Positions 31,999 to 42,821 of a stretch of 64,000 nt of DNA are shown here, piece after piece; positions within the stretch are counted from its first letter, which is position 1; every line of letters starts with the position of its first letter. This DNA comes from Rhodobiaceae bacterium (GTDB lineage: Bacteria; Pseudomonadota; Alphaproteobacteria; Rhizobiales; TMED25): the NCBI GenBank assembly GCA_002704755.1, contig PAHC01000011.1, forward strand, positions 66,780 through 130,779. Reading direction: 5' to 3'. Below the pieces are notes generated by a model, which was not told where the DNA came from, ran no database searches, and worked only from the letters and a program-made list of their open reading frames with translations. Both the position numbers and the translations under genes were made by a program.

Positions 31999-33189
31999 CT
32001 ATTTATCACTGAGTGACTGACCCAAATAGAATGTACATGTGCCAACTATAGCTAGAAATACTAGCTGTATTGGCATATATATCAAACCAAAACCTGCTAA
32101 AAGTGCTGCAATGTATGAAGAAGCTCCTGCAATACTGTATTGAATACATCCTGATAAACCTGAAGCAGCCCCAGCAAGCTTTGGTCTTATACTAACAACA
32201 TTTGCTATAATATTTGGCATAACAATGCCATTTGAATATGTTACAATCATCATTGTTCCAAAAATTATATATATATTTAGAATTCCATTGATTAGTAGGA
32301 ACAACATAATTGTTGAACCCAAGATTGCTCCAAAAACTGCAAATGATATCATTCTTAGAGAACCAACCCTTTCTGATAATCTGGCAGTAGTAAAACTTCC
32401 GGACATAAAAGCAAAAGATATTAACATAAAAGTAAAACCATAATGTGTTGGACTAAAATTGAGTTTTTGAATTACTAAATATGGTGCAACTCCCAAGAAA
32501 GTAAAAAACATAGAATTTGTACATGACATAGTAATTGTAAATAAAATAAACTTTGGTAATTTAATTAATTCACCAAAACTTCCTATCAATGAACTTATAT
32601 TGCCCTTAATTCTATCTTCAGTCTTGGTTTCTTCTAAATTATAAAAAATATTTATTAAAAGGAAGACTCCAACAATAAGCATAATATAGAATATACTCCT
32701 CCAACCAAATAGATCTTGTAATATGCCGCCCAGAGGCGGCGCAATCATTGGCGCTATAACCATTACAGTTGTAACATAACCCAGAGCAGATGCTGCTTTC
32801 TCTCTACTATATACGTCCCTAATTATTGCTCTTCCTAACACTACACCTGCTACACCACCAAATGCTTGTATAAATCTTCCAAAAATCAATAACTCACTTG
32901 ATTGAGCAAAACTACAAATTAATGTCCCAACAAGAAATATTATAATACCAAACATAAGGATGGATCGTCTGCCATAAGCATCTGATATTGGTCCAATAAA
33001 AATTTGTCCAACCGCCATCGAGATTATGAATGATGATATAGCCATTTGCGCACTAGAATATGAAATATCAAAATATAAAGATAATGCTGGAAGAGATGGA
33101 ACAATCAAATTTAAGGTTAGTGGAGCAAGACCAGTTACCGCTGCCAATGACCATATGGATGGTGGATTTTTTCTAATTTTTGTATCCAT
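31999..33189 (-). CDS. MFS transporter, Bcr/CflA drug-resistance subfamily-like
   Basis: 396 aa with about 12 TM helices and MFS motif A-like GPISDAYGRRSIL. Confidence 0.8.
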   Translation of the reverse strand: MDTKIRKNPPSIWSLAAVTGLAPLTLNLIVPSLPALSLYFDISYSSAQMAISSFIISMAVGQIFIGPISDAYGRRSILMFGIIIFLVGTLICSFAQSSELLIFGRFIQAFGGVAGVVLGRAIIRDVYSREKAASALGYVTTVMVIAPMIAPPLGGILQDLFGWRSIFYIMLIVGVFLLINIFYNLEETKTEDRIKGNISSLIGSFGELIKLPKFILFTITMSCTNSMFFTFLGVAPYLVIQKLNFSPTHYGFTFMLISFAFMSGSFTTARLSERVGSLRMISFAVFGAILGSTIMLFLLINGILNIYIIFGTMMIVTYSNGIVMPNIIANVVSIRPKLAGAASGLSGCIQYSIAGASSYIAALLAGFGLIYMPIQLVFLAIVGTCTFYLGQSLSDK

Positions 33190-33207
33190 TATAATGTATG
33201 TTTAAGA

Positions 33208-34584
33208 TCAGATATTGGAGTGATTATATATGTTATTGATGTCATGCAACCAAACTGTATTAAATCTCTTAATCAAATTATCTGAAGGTGTTTCTTTTTT
33301 ATTCAAGATATCCTGGATTGGACGCAAATAAATTTCTTCTGTTTGTTTATTGTTATTATATATATTCCGATCATTCAATCCACTTAATGAAATGGATATA
33401 ATTTCACTTATCAAATCTATAATATTGAATTTTTGAAATTTTGCATCAAAACCACTTTTGTTCAGTTTACCTTCAAATTCAAGGATATCTGATAGGTTCC
33501 ATTCTTTTACTAAATCATAAGAAGCATCCAATGATGAATTACTATACATCATCCCAGTCCAGATTGCAGCTAAACTGATGATAGAAGCATGATTGCCTGA
33601 ATCAGCCCCTCTCATCTCAATAAATTTTTTCAATCTTACTTGTGGAAATAAAGTTGATAAATGAGTCTCCCAGTCTTCTAATGATGGATAATATTGAATA
33701 CCTTCTTCATCACGAAAACCATTTTGAAGGTATTCCTTAAACAACATTTTCTTTGGAATGATATACTCCCCATTTCGATATATGAAATACATCGGAACAT
33801 TTAGGGCATAATTAGCATATTTCTCAAAATTCAGATCCTTTTCAAATACAAATGGAAGATAACCACACCTGTCATTATCTGTATCCTTCCAAACACTGAT
33901 CCTGTTTGATAGCAAGTTTGTTAATTTTCCATACCTAAAAGGACTATTATAAAATAACATAGAAACTAGAGGTTGTAATGACATTGCAACCCTAAATTTT
34001 TTATTGAAATCTTGTTCACTTCCATAATCTAAATTTACTTGTGTTGTAGCAGAGCAATGCATCATGTAAAGACCTAAAGAACCAACAGTTGGCATATATT
34101 TTCTCATAAAATGGTATCGTGTCTTTGGAACTTGTGTCATATCAGAAAAATCCCATTTAGGGGTGAAACCAAGTCCAAGAACATCAACCCCAATCGTGTC
34201 GCATGCGTTTTTTAATTGCTTGTGATAATTTGAAAACTCTTCTTCTGTTTGATGTAAGTTATTACATAATGAGCCTGATAATTCAATCTGACCACCTGGC
34301 TCAAGGCTAATATTACAATTCTGATTTTTGTGGTTCAAACCAATCACATAATCTTTATCATATACTGGTTGCCATGAATATTCCCTCATAAGGAATTTAA
34401 AGATCTCCTCGATTCCATTTGGACCAAAATAATTTATTGGTTCAAAAGAATCTTTATAGAATAGAAATTTCTCATTTTCTGTGCCAATGCCCCAATTCTG
34501 AATTTCTTTTGATCCCGTATGAAAATATTCTATTAGATCTTTCTCATTGATCCATTCATTATGATCGGTTGTTTTTTTGTCCAT
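33208..34584 (-). CDS. gshA: glutamate-cysteine ligase, plant/alphaproteobacterial type (GCS2)
   Basis: 458 aa whose length and blocks (GTENEKF, ISLEPGGQIELSG, HCSATTQVNLD, EMRGADSG) match the plant-type GshA of alphaproteobacteria. Confidence 0.85.
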   Translation of the reverse strand: MDKKTTDHNEWINEKDLIEYFHTGSKEIQNWGIGTENEKFLFYKDSFEPINYFGPNGIEEIFKFLMREYSWQPVYDKDYVIGLNHKNQNCNISLEPGGQIELSGSLCNNLHQTEEEFSNYHKQLKNACDTIGVDVLGLGFTPKWDFSDMTQVPKTRYHFMRKYMPTVGSLGLYMMHCSATTQVNLDYGSEQDFNKKFRVAMSLQPLVSMLFYNSPFRYGKLTNLLSNRISVWKDTDNDRCGYLPFVFEKDLNFEKYANYALNVPMYFIYRNGEYIIPKKMLFKEYLQNGFRDEEGIQYYPSLEDWETHLSTLFPQVRLKKFIEMRGADSGNHASIISLAAIWTGMMYSNSSLDASYDLVKEWNLSDILEFEGKLNKSGFDAKFQKFNIIDLISEIISISLSGLNDRNIYNNNKQTEEIYLRPIQDILNKKETPSDNLIKRFNTVWLHDINNIYNHSNI

Positions 34585-34623
34585 TTATTAAAAATTTCTC
34601 AGTTTTAATTTGGTAGATCTTTA

Positions 34624-35367
34624 TTAAATTACAGCTTTACTATTTGTAATTTGTAAAATCGTAGCAGCGACTATTGCGGCAGTGTCTGCACGCAAAATCC
34701 TAGAGCCTAGTGATACGGGTCTTACATTCCCTAATTTAATCATATTCATTCTTTCATTATCAGAAAACCCCCCCTCAGGTCCAATCAAAAAAGAGACAAT
34801 CTTCTCTTTCACACCATTTAATACATCGTTTGGTGGAGCTGTATTTTTTTTTTCATCACAAAATAGGATTATTTCTTTGTTAAATTCTTCGATTATTAAA
34901 TCTGATAGTAATTTTTGTTCTGTGATTTCTGGAACAATCATCAAGCCACTTTGTTCAGCAGCTTCTTTCGCACGCAAATAGAGCTTTTGGATATTTAAAT
35001 TTTTTGTATTTGTGTAATCTGTAATTACTGGAGTAAACTTTGTAATACCAAGTTCAGTTAGTTTTTCAATAATATAATTATGGCGATTATTGTTAAGTGG
35101 AGTAAAGTAGCATCTCAGAGGCTCGTATGACGGTTGTTCCTTATGGTTTTGAACAACTTCTAAATTTATAAGATCTCTATTAATTCTTTTAATTTTACAA
35201 ATCCATTCACCATCTACACCATTAAAAACTAATATTTGATCCTCTATTTTTATTCTCATAACATTTTTCAAATAGTGAAAATCTGCATTCTCTATATCCA
35301 GGATTAAAGACTCTTTGAGAGGTCTATCTAAAAATATACGTATTTTTTTAGGTGATTTCATAAGCAT
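34624..35367 (-). CDS. rsmE: 16S rRNA (uracil1498-N3)-methyltransferase
   Basis: 247 aa with a PUA-like N-terminus (HYLKNVMRIK) and SPOUT C-terminus (IGPEGGFSDNE...LGSRILRADTA). Confidence 0.85.
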   Translation of the reverse strand: MLMKSPKKIRIFLDRPLKESLILDIENADFHYLKNVMRIKIEDQILVFNGVDGEWICKIKRINRDLINLEVVQNHKEQPSYEPLRCYFTPLNNNRHNYIIEKLTELGITKFTPVITDYTNTKNLNIQKLYLRAKEAAEQSGLMIVPEITEQKLLSDLIIEEFNKEIILFCDEKKNTAPPNDVLNGVKEKIVSFLIGPEGGFSDNERMNMIKLGNVRPVSLGSRILRADTAAIVAATILQITNSKAVI

Positions 35368-35420
35368 TTTTTACCAATATATTAATAATTTTGATATAAC
35401 TATTTCATCTAATAATTATT

Positions 35421-36305
35421 TTGAAATCTGATCTTATTGTGCACATAATTCAAACTAAAATCCAGAACTATATATTGATCACAAGACAAGACAAACCAAC
35501 AGGATGGATGTTATTATTCATCCCATGTTTATTTGGAATATTATCAGCTTCACTTCATAAAAACCTACCGATAGATTTAAAAATTATAATTCTCTTTCTT
35601 ATTGGTTCTATTCTTATGAGGTCAGCTGGCTGTATTTTTAATGATATTATCGATAGAGATATTGATGCAAAAGTTGAAAGAACAAAAAATCGTCCTCTTG
35701 CAAATAAGAGTATGAGCTTGTACGAAGCCATATTTCTTTTACTTACCTTGCTAATTTTTAGTTTTTTAATACTTATTTCTATGAACAAATTGACAATAAT
35801 TCTAGGTTTTGCATCTATTATACTTGTTGTTCTATATCCATTTATGAAAAGAATAACATACTGGCCTCAATTATTTCTTGGTTTTACTTTTAATTGGGGA
35901 GCTATTATTGGGTGGACTGCGATCTCTAATAATATAAACTTTGAGACCCTCACAATCTACGTATCATCAATTTTTTGGACCTTAGGATACGATACAGTTT
36001 ATGGTTATCAAGACATAAAAGATGATAAAGTAATTGGTGTAAAATCAACATCCGTACTCTTTGAACCATACTCAAAAAATGTTATTTGGTTATTCTATTT
36101 TTTAAGCTTTAGCGTGATGTCCTACGCGCTATTCTCACTAAAAGTATCAAATATTTCAGTCATTTTTTTTATTGCTACTGTAATTTTTAGTTTTTATCTC
36201 ATCATAAAATTAAATTTAAGAGATGTTCATTCCTGTGGTGATTTCTTCTCAAAGAATAAATATATTGGCTTTCTAATTGCTATCTCAATTGCTTTATCAA
36301 TATGA
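35421..36305 (+). CDS. ubiA: 4-hydroxybenzoate polyprenyltransferase
   Basis: 294 aa polytopic protein with NDIIDRDIDAKVERTKNRPL and a second Asp-rich motif YGYQDIKDD. The start is TTG. Confidence 0.9.
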   Translation: MKSDLIVHIIQTKIQNYILITRQDKPTGWMLLFIPCLFGILSASLHKNLPIDLKIIILFLIGSILMRSAGCIFNDIIDRDIDAKVERTKNRPLANKSMSLYEAIFLLLTLLIFSFLILISMNKLTIILGFASIILVVLYPFMKRITYWPQLFLGFTFNWGAIIGWTAISNNINFETLTIYVSSIFWTLGYDTVYGYQDIKDDKVIGVKSTSVLFEPYSKNVIWLFYFLSFSVMSYALFSLKVSNISVIFFIATVIFSFYLIIKLNLRDVHSCGDFFSKNKYIGFLIAISIALSI

Positions 36306-36323
36306 TAACGATACAATCACCAT

Positions 36324-37631
36324 ATGCTTCTTAACACAAATTTTTTTATCAAATCCTATAGGTCAATAACTACACTTATAAGTTTTTTTATTGATTTCTT
36401 TTTGCTTTATAGAAAATTTCTTAAAAAAGAAAACGAACAAACATTAAGACAAAAAACATCAAGAGAATTTGCAAAAAAACCAGCCAGTGAGCATAAATTT
36501 ACATGGATACATGCAGTAAGTATAGGTGAAACGCGCTCTGCAATAACAGTCGCAGAAATAATTTTAAGGCAAGATCCAAATCAATATATTTTATTAACCA
36601 CAAGTACACTCTCATCTTCAGAAATCATTAATAAAATCGATAACAAAAAAATAATCCATCAATACCTGCCTCTTGATGTACAAAAATACGTTAATAAATT
36701 TATTAATTACTGGTCCCCTTCGGTTTGTATCTTCATGGAAGGAGAAATTTGGCCAAACTATTTCCTAGAAATTGAAAAACGGGGAATTCCTCTATTTATC
36801 CTCAATGCACGGTTAACAAAAAAAAGTTATAATCGCTGGAATAAATTTCCAAAATTTACAAAAAAAATATTAAATATTCCAAGACTCATATCGTGCCAAG
36901 ACAATGAGACATATGATAGATATAGGTCACTTGAAGTAACCCGTCTAACAAAATCAGAGAATATAAAATATGCCAACAAACCTCTTCATGTTGACGACAG
37001 TGAATTTGATTCCTTAAATCAGTTATTTAATAAGCGTTTAGTATATATAATCGTGTCAGCCCATGATAAAGAAGGAGAAATTTTTCTATCCGTTCATAAG
37101 CAACTGCATTCGTTAAACCCAAATACCGTTTGTGTATATGTACCAAGGCATCCCTCCGGTTTAAAAGAAATAATAGAGTTACTTGATAATGATAAAATTA
37201 GTTGGACTAAATTACCATCACAAGAAACTAACAAAAATAAATATGTGAATGATATAAATTTTTATATTGTTGATAAATTTGGAGTCCTCGGCACATATTT
37301 AAAACTATCAAAATTAGCGATAATTGGTGGTTCATTCATAGATATTGGTGGACATAATCCAATTGAGGCCATCCAACTTAATTGCCCTGTTTTTCATGGA
37401 CGTTATATAAGAAATTTTCATGAAGTATATAGAGAATTAGGGGAGTTAAATTGTTGCAGTCAAGCTGATAGTAAAGCAGATCTCATCAAAAAAATTAAAT
37501 CTTATTTGTCAAGCACAGACCAAATGGAATTAGCAAGAAAAAATATAAAAAACATAATCGATGCAAAGAGATTATCTGTTGAAAATGAAATTAATAATAT
37601 TTTGTCTCTTAAAGATGGAGATTATTTATGA
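36324..37631 (+). CDS. waaA: 3-deoxy-D-manno-octulosonic acid (Kdo) transferase
   Basis: 435 aa with the WIHAVSIGETRSA motif and a GT-B C-terminal domain (GGSF...GGHNPIEA). Confidence 0.9.
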   Translation: MLLNTNFFIKSYRSITTLISFFIDFFLLYRKFLKKENEQTLRQKTSREFAKKPASEHKFTWIHAVSIGETRSAITVAEIILRQDPNQYILLTTSTLSSSEIINKIDNKKIIHQYLPLDVQKYVNKFINYWSPSVCIFMEGEIWPNYFLEIEKRGIPLFILNARLTKKSYNRWNKFPKFTKKILNIPRLISCQDNETYDRYRSLEVTRLTKSENIKYANKPLHVDDSEFDSLNQLFNKRLVYIIVSAHDKEGEIFLSVHKQLHSLNPNTVCVYVPRHPSGLKEIIELLDNDKISWTKLPSQETNKNKYVNDINFYIVDKFGVLGTYLKLSKLAIIGGSFIDIGGHNPIEAIQLNCPVFHGRYIRNFHEVYRELGELNCCSQADSKADLIKKIKSYLSSTDQMELARKNIKNIIDAKRLSVENEINNILSLKDGDYL

Positions 37632-38607
37632 AGAGACCTCTAATGTGGAATAAAAAAACAAAATTTCACAATGTTTTAATATCTTTTGGTTACATATATT
37701 CTTATCTTTCACGATTGAATTATAAGCTAAAAAAAAATATAATTCAACCATACCAATCATTTCAATAGGCAGCCCCTTAATAGGTGGCGGTGGCAAGACT
37801 CCGACTGAGATTGCAATAATTAATCTTCTAATATCTCAAGGAAAGAGTGTCTGTTCATTATTGAAAGGATATAGTGGGTCAATAAAAGAGCCAACATTGG
37901 TTACAAAAAAACACAGAAGTAATGACGTTGGTGATGAGTCGATTTTATTATCAAATATATCAGATACTTTTGTTTCAAATAACAGAACTAAGGGTCTTAA
38001 ATATATAAATGATAATTTTAAATATGATTTTATTGTTATGGATGATGGCTACAGGGATGTTTCGGTTGAAAATAAGATAAATATTTTAGTCATTGATGGT
38101 AATATCTCCAATATAAATCATTATCAATTTCCAGCTGGGGACTACATAGGTAAACTAGAGACTTCAATAAACTTAGCGGACTTTATTTTAATAGTAGATC
38201 CAGATAAATTATCCAATCAAATTAAAAAAAGCATTTCAAGTTCAAGTAAAATTATCATTCAAGCGAGCACTCACTTCAAGAATAAGTGCAGCGAAATATG
38301 TGATAGAGTTGCATTTACAGGAATTGGTTTGCCAAATAAATTTTATCGATCACTTATAGAAAGAAATCATAATTTATTAGATAAAATTGCATTCAAAAAT
38401 CATCATAGATTTACAAAAGAAGAGATTGAGCAGCTTATCAATATTGGAAAGAGCCATAAAAAATATACTCTAATCACAACAGAAAAAGATTTTGTAAGGA
38501 TCGACGATCAAAATGACCCTAACCATAAACTAAGAAAGATGATTGATGTACAGATTATTGAAATAAAATTTGATAATGTAAATTCAATTTTGGATATCAT
38601 TAAATAA
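37628..38607 (+). pseudogene. lpxK: tetraacyldisaccharide 4'-kinase LpxK, frame broken at the A9 tract 37729-37737 as assembled (ORFs 37628-37768 and 37726/37861-38607)
   Basis: ATG 37628 overlaps the waaA stop (ATGA) and encodes MKRPLMWNKK...YKLKK. The -1 frame, open from 37726, continues KKKYNSTIPIISIGSPLIGGGGKTP (P-loop), SLLKGYSGS, VGDES and VMDDGY. Joined, the protein is about 327 aa, the normal LpxK size. Confidence 0.85.
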
Positions 38608-38626
38608 TTAATAATATTTTTGATAA

Positions 38627-38842
38627 TTAGATATTTTTTCTATGCTGTATGAGAGCTAAATGAGCACTGTCATAGGCTTCTTGTCTCTCAACTGACCAAT
38701 ATTTTAAATCATTTAAACTAATCTTATTACCCGAAACAGCGCATAAAACGTATTGACCATCCTTAATTATTTCAAACTCACCGTCTAAGTATTTTATTTT
38801 AGCTTGTTTTTCTGTACTACCTATATCACTGAATTTAATCAT
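38627..38842 (-). CDS. small conserved protein next to xseA (DUF2093-like?)
   Basis: 71 aa with the motif YVLCAVSGNKISLNDLKYWSVERQEAY. The family name is from memory of alphaproteobacterial xseA neighbours and is not verified. Confidence 0.45.
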   Translation of the reverse strand: MIKFSDIGSTEKQAKIKYLDGEFEIIKDGQYVLCAVSGNKISLNDLKYWSVERQEAYDSAHLALIQHRKNI

Positions 38843-38850
38843 CTAATTCC

Positions 38851-40206
38851 CTATTTCTTTGAATGTGTTACATCTAAGTCGCCGTCAGAAAATATAATTC
38901 TCATAGATTGATGTTCATCTGCGCCTTTGGCTGATGTAATTATTTTATCATCTGAAGACTTAATCACTGTATATCCTCTATTTAATATATTTTTGTAATC
39001 CATTGACTCTAATAATCTTAACATTGATTGTACTGCATTTTTTTTCTCAGTGATCATATTTTTTGAATAGAAATCCAGGGTAGTACTTCCACTAATTCTA
39101 TGGTTATCTTTTGTGCTGATTATATTATCAGCTCTTAAAAGAAGTAAGTTTCCACTATAATTTAATTTAGAGTTTTTTTTATCAATATTATCCTCCAATG
39201 ATTTTTTTGATAATCTTCCAAATATTCCCTTAAAAGTAAGTAACCTCTCTTGAAAAGAGCTTGTTCCAATCATTGAAAATGATTTTTTCAAATATTTTAA
39301 TTTTAGCCATGATTTTTTAATTTCATCATGCATGAAAAGATTTAGTCTATTTTGATATGAATTTATATTGGAATAAATTTCATCTATTTTCGGAAAAATT
39401 TTATTTGCTGCTGCTGTAGGCGTTGCCGCCCTAAAATCTGCAACAAGGTCCGTGAGGCTTTCATCTGTCTCATGCCCAATTGCACTAACTATTGGTATGC
39501 CTGAGTTAAATACAGACCTCACTAATATTTCATCATTAAATCCCCATAAATCCTCATACGAACCTCCTCCCCTCGCCACTAAAATTATATCAGGCTTTCT
39601 GATTTTATTACTATTTAGATCATTTAGACGTTCAATTACTTCACTAATTTCGATTGGACACTTTTCACCTTGCACGGGTACATCAACAATAAAAATATCA
39701 GATGGATAACCATTATCATTAAATACTTTCAATATGTCTCTGATTACAGAACCAGTTAATGATGTAACGATAGCCACACTTTTTGGATATTTTGGTAAAA
39801 TTTGTTTATGAACTTCATCAAATATACCTTCTGCTAATAATTGTTTCTTTAATTTTTCAAACTTTGCTTTTAATAACCCTTCACCAGCAAGTTCAATATT
39901 TTCTATATGTATTTGATAAGTTGAAATTCCTTTTGAATAAGTTGTAATTTTACCTGAGGCTATAACCTCAAGACCTTCCTCTGGTTTCACATCCAAATTT
40001 CTATATCTATCAGGCCAAATTATTGCATTTATTAGATCTTTTTCTTCTTTCAATGACAGATATACTATACCATTCTTACTTATTTTAAGCCCTGATATCT
40101 CACCTTTAATCCTAACATAACCAAACCCCTCTTCTAGTGATTTTTTTATTTCGTTTGAAATCTCACTTACAGAGAATTCTGGGATATTTTCATTAACAAA
40201 AAACAT
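38851..40206 (-). CDS. xseA: exodeoxyribonuclease VII large subunit
   Basis: 451 aa with an N-terminal OB fold (VRIKGEISGLK...INAIIW) and catalytic region ARGGGSYEDLWGFNDE and AIGHETD. Confidence 0.9.
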   Translation of the reverse strand: MFFVNENIPEFSVSEISNEIKKSLEEGFGYVRIKGEISGLKISKNGIVYLSLKEEKDLINAIIWPDRYRNLDVKPEEGLEVIASGKITTYSKGISTYQIHIENIELAGEGLLKAKFEKLKKQLLAEGIFDEVHKQILPKYPKSVAIVTSLTGSVIRDILKVFNDNGYPSDIFIVDVPVQGEKCPIEISEVIERLNDLNSNKIRKPDIILVARGGGSYEDLWGFNDEILVRSVFNSGIPIVSAIGHETDESLTDLVADFRAATPTAAANKIFPKIDEIYSNINSYQNRLNLFMHDEIKKSWLKLKYLKKSFSMIGTSSFQERLLTFKGIFGRLSKKSLEDNIDKKNSKLNYSGNLLLLRADNIISTKDNHRISGSTTLDFYSKNMITEKKNAVQSMLRLLESMDYKNILNRGYTVIKSSDDKIITSAKGADEHQSMRIIFSDGDLDVTHSKK

Positions 40207-40296
40207 TCATAAACAGAGAATTTAAATTAACATTATCAACTTATAGGTTATTATTATTTTGCATAGAAATCAAAATTTAAACTAAAATTCTAATAA

Positions 40297-41559
40297 ATGA
40301 AAATACTTATAATAGGAAGTGGTGGACGAGAACATGCTATTTCAATGGCATTATCTAAAAACTCAAATAATAACAAGATATATGCCATACCTGGCAACCC
40401 TGGTATGCTTGAATATTGTGAATGCATAAATATTAATCAACTTCAGTTCAATGAAATTATCTCATTTATTAAAAAAAATTCTATTGATCTTGTAATCATA
40501 GGGCCGGAAGTTCCAATTTGTGAAGGATTGACTGACATCATAGAGGATATTGGAGTGAAAGTTTTTGCCCCAAATATGCTAGCATCTAAGTTAGAGTCAT
40601 CAAAAAGGTTTACCAAAGAACTATCATTGGATAATAATATTCCGACCAGTGACGCAAAATGGTTTATAGATTTTTTTTCAGCAGAAAGGTATCTAAAAAG
40701 CCTAAAGCCCCCTTATGTAATAAAAGCAGATGGTTTGGCTGCTGGAAAAGGTGTTTCTATCTCTGAAAATTATGATGATGCAATTATTGCACTTGAAGAT
40801 ATATTCAATGGGAGGTTTGGAGAAAATCAATCTGTTTTGATTGAAGAATTTCTAGTTGGAGAAGAGATAAGCTACTTTGCTGTAACAGATGGAGTAAATA
40901 TATGCCCATTAATTGGTGCACAAGATCACAAAAGACTCCTAGATGGTGATCTAGGTCCGAATACTGGTGGTATGGGTGCTTATTGCCCCCCACCTCTTCT
41001 ATCTAAAAACCTTGAAAATAAAATAATTAGTCATATTCTTGAACCTACTTTGTATGGTTTAAAAAATCGAGGGATAAACTACAAAGGCGTTCTATTCGCT
41101 GGATTAATGGTAAAAGATAATGAACCAAAACTAATTGAATATAATATCAGATTTGGGGATCCAGAAACCCAGGCATTATTAATGTTATTAAAATCAGATT
41201 TTACTGAATTAGTTATGAGTGTTGTAAATGAAGATTTAAAATCCTATAAACTTGAATGGTATGATCAAAAGGCGCTTACTGTAGTCTTAGCGAATGATGG
41301 TTATCCAAATCAATATAATCAGAATGAAGAAATTACTGGAATTGATGAAGCTGAAATGAACCCAAAAATTAAAGTATTCCATGCTGGGACTAAAATTAGG
41401 GATGAGAAGCTTATTGCAAGTGGTGGCAGAGTGTTAAATGTCACTTCTATTGATGAGTCAATCGAGAATGCAAGAGAAAATGCCTATCAAGCAATCAAAA
41501 AAATAAACTATAGAGGTAAAATTTATAGAGAAGATATTGCATGGAGAGCCTTGGTGTAA
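40297..41559 (+). CDS. purD: phosphoribosylamine-glycine ligase
   Basis: 420 aa with KILIIGSGGREHA, KADGLAAGKGV, the ATP-grasp GPNTGGMGAY motif and EYNIRFGDPE. Confidence 0.97.
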   Translation: MKILIIGSGGREHAISMALSKNSNNNKIYAIPGNPGMLEYCECININQLQFNEIISFIKKNSIDLVIIGPEVPICEGLTDIIEDIGVKVFAPNMLASKLESSKRFTKELSLDNNIPTSDAKWFIDFFSAERYLKSLKPPYVIKADGLAAGKGVSISENYDDAIIALEDIFNGRFGENQSVLIEEFLVGEEISYFAVTDGVNICPLIGAQDHKRLLDGDLGPNTGGMGAYCPPPLLSKNLENKIISHILEPTLYGLKNRGINYKGVLFAGLMVKDNEPKLIEYNIRFGDPETQALLMLLKSDFTELVMSVVNEDLKSYKLEWYDQKALTVVLANDGYPNQYNQNEEITGIDEAEMNPKIKVFHAGTKIRDEKLIASGGRVLNVTSIDESIENARENAYQAIKKINYRGKIYREDIAWRALV

Positions 41560-41563
41560 AAAA

Positions 41564-42010
41564 TTATCTTTTTGTTCCAAAATAAGATTTTATTAGTTTA
41601 CTGCATTCAATTTCTAAAATACCCCCATAGATTTCTGGAGCGTGATTACATTCATTTGATGAATAATATTTCATTATGTCAGATACTCCCACATCAATTC
41701 TTTTGGATGCATATGCTCCAAAATATATTCTTCGGATCCGTGCATTGGATATCGCACCCGCGCACATCAGACAAGGTTCCATTGTTACAAATAAATCACA
41801 ATCCACCAATCTACTAGTTTTTAATTTTTTAGAGGCTAATCTGATCGCAACTATCTCAGCATGTGAGGTTGGATCGTGAGATGATTGTATTAAATTATAT
41901 GCTTTTGATATTATTTCTCCGCTTCTATGCACTAAAACAGCACCGATGGGAACCTCATTATTGTCTTGAGCCTTTAAAGCCTCTTCAATTACAATTTCCA
42001 TAAAATTCAT
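41564..42010 (-). CDS. tadA: tRNA adenosine(34) deaminase
   Basis: CDA zinc motifs HAE (SHAEIVAI) and PCLMCAGA. I prefer ATG 42010, which has AAGGA 5 nt upstream, over the track TTG 42037. Confidence 0.9.
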   Translation of the reverse strand: MNFMEIVIEEALKAQDNNEVPIGAVLVHRSGEIISKAYNLIQSSHDPTSHAEIVAIRLASKKLKTSRLVDCDLFVTMEPCLMCAGAISNARIRRIYFGAYASKRIDVGVSDIMKYYSSNECNHAPEIYGGILEIECSKLIKSYFGTKR

Positions 42011-42065
42011 TGTTTTCCTTAAAAACAATTCATACAAATTTTCTTTTTTTTAATATAATCAAATT

Positions 42066-42818
42066 ATGTCGAATATAACCAATAAAAAAACAGATCAACA
42101 AAGGATTGCAAAATTAATTGCTCGTTCTGGTGCTTATTCTAGAAGAGATGCAGAAAAACTTATTAACGAAGGAAAGGTAGAAGTCGATGGTCAAATATTA
42201 TCCACACCAGCAACGTTGGTAGGCGGTAGCGAAAGAATAATGATTGATGGTAAAAAAATAAATACTAATTTTCAGACAAAAATTTGGCTATTAAATAAAC
42301 CTAAAGGATATATATCGTCGAGTAAGGATCCCCAAGGTAGGAAGACTATTTTTAATTTACTACCAAAAAATATAAATCATCTAATGTCTATTGGAAGGTT
42401 GGATATTAATACTGAAGGATTACTACTATTCACAAATGATGGAGATTTATCGCGCTTTATGGAGCATCCAGATAATAAGATAATAAGGAAATATAAAATA
42501 AAAGTACGCGGAAAAGTTGCTAATGATTTAATTAAAAATATGCAAAAAAATTTACTAATAGGCCGCGTGCAATATAATATAATTTCTGTGAACATAATAT
42601 CCTACAGTCAATCTAATACATGGCTGAGTATTGAAATATCAGAGGGCAAAAATAGAGAAATTAGAAAAATTTGTGAACACTTTAGATTACAAATCAATAG
42701 ATTAATCAGAACAGATTTTGGTCCATTTGAATTAAATAATATACAAAAAGGTGAATTCATTGAATTACCAAAAACTGTTGTCATTGGCAGACTGAAGAAA
42801 ATCGGTTATTTGGGTTAG
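42066..42818 (+). CDS. rluB: rRNA pseudouridine synthase, RsuA/RluB family
   Basis: 250 aa with an S4 domain (RIAKLIARSGAYSRRDAEKLI) and catalytic GRLDINTEGLLLFTNDG. Confidence 0.85.
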   Translation: MSNITNKKTDQQRIAKLIARSGAYSRRDAEKLINEGKVEVDGQILSTPATLVGGSERIMIDGKKINTNFQTKIWLLNKPKGYISSSKDPQGRKTIFNLLPKNINHLMSIGRLDINTEGLLLFTNDGDLSRFMEHPDNKIIRKYKIKVRGKVANDLIKNMQKNLLIGRVQYNIISVNIISYSQSNTWLSIEISEGKNREIRKICEHFRLQINRLIRTDFGPFELNNIQKGEFIELPKTVVIGRLKKIGYLG

Positions 42819-42821
42819 TTC

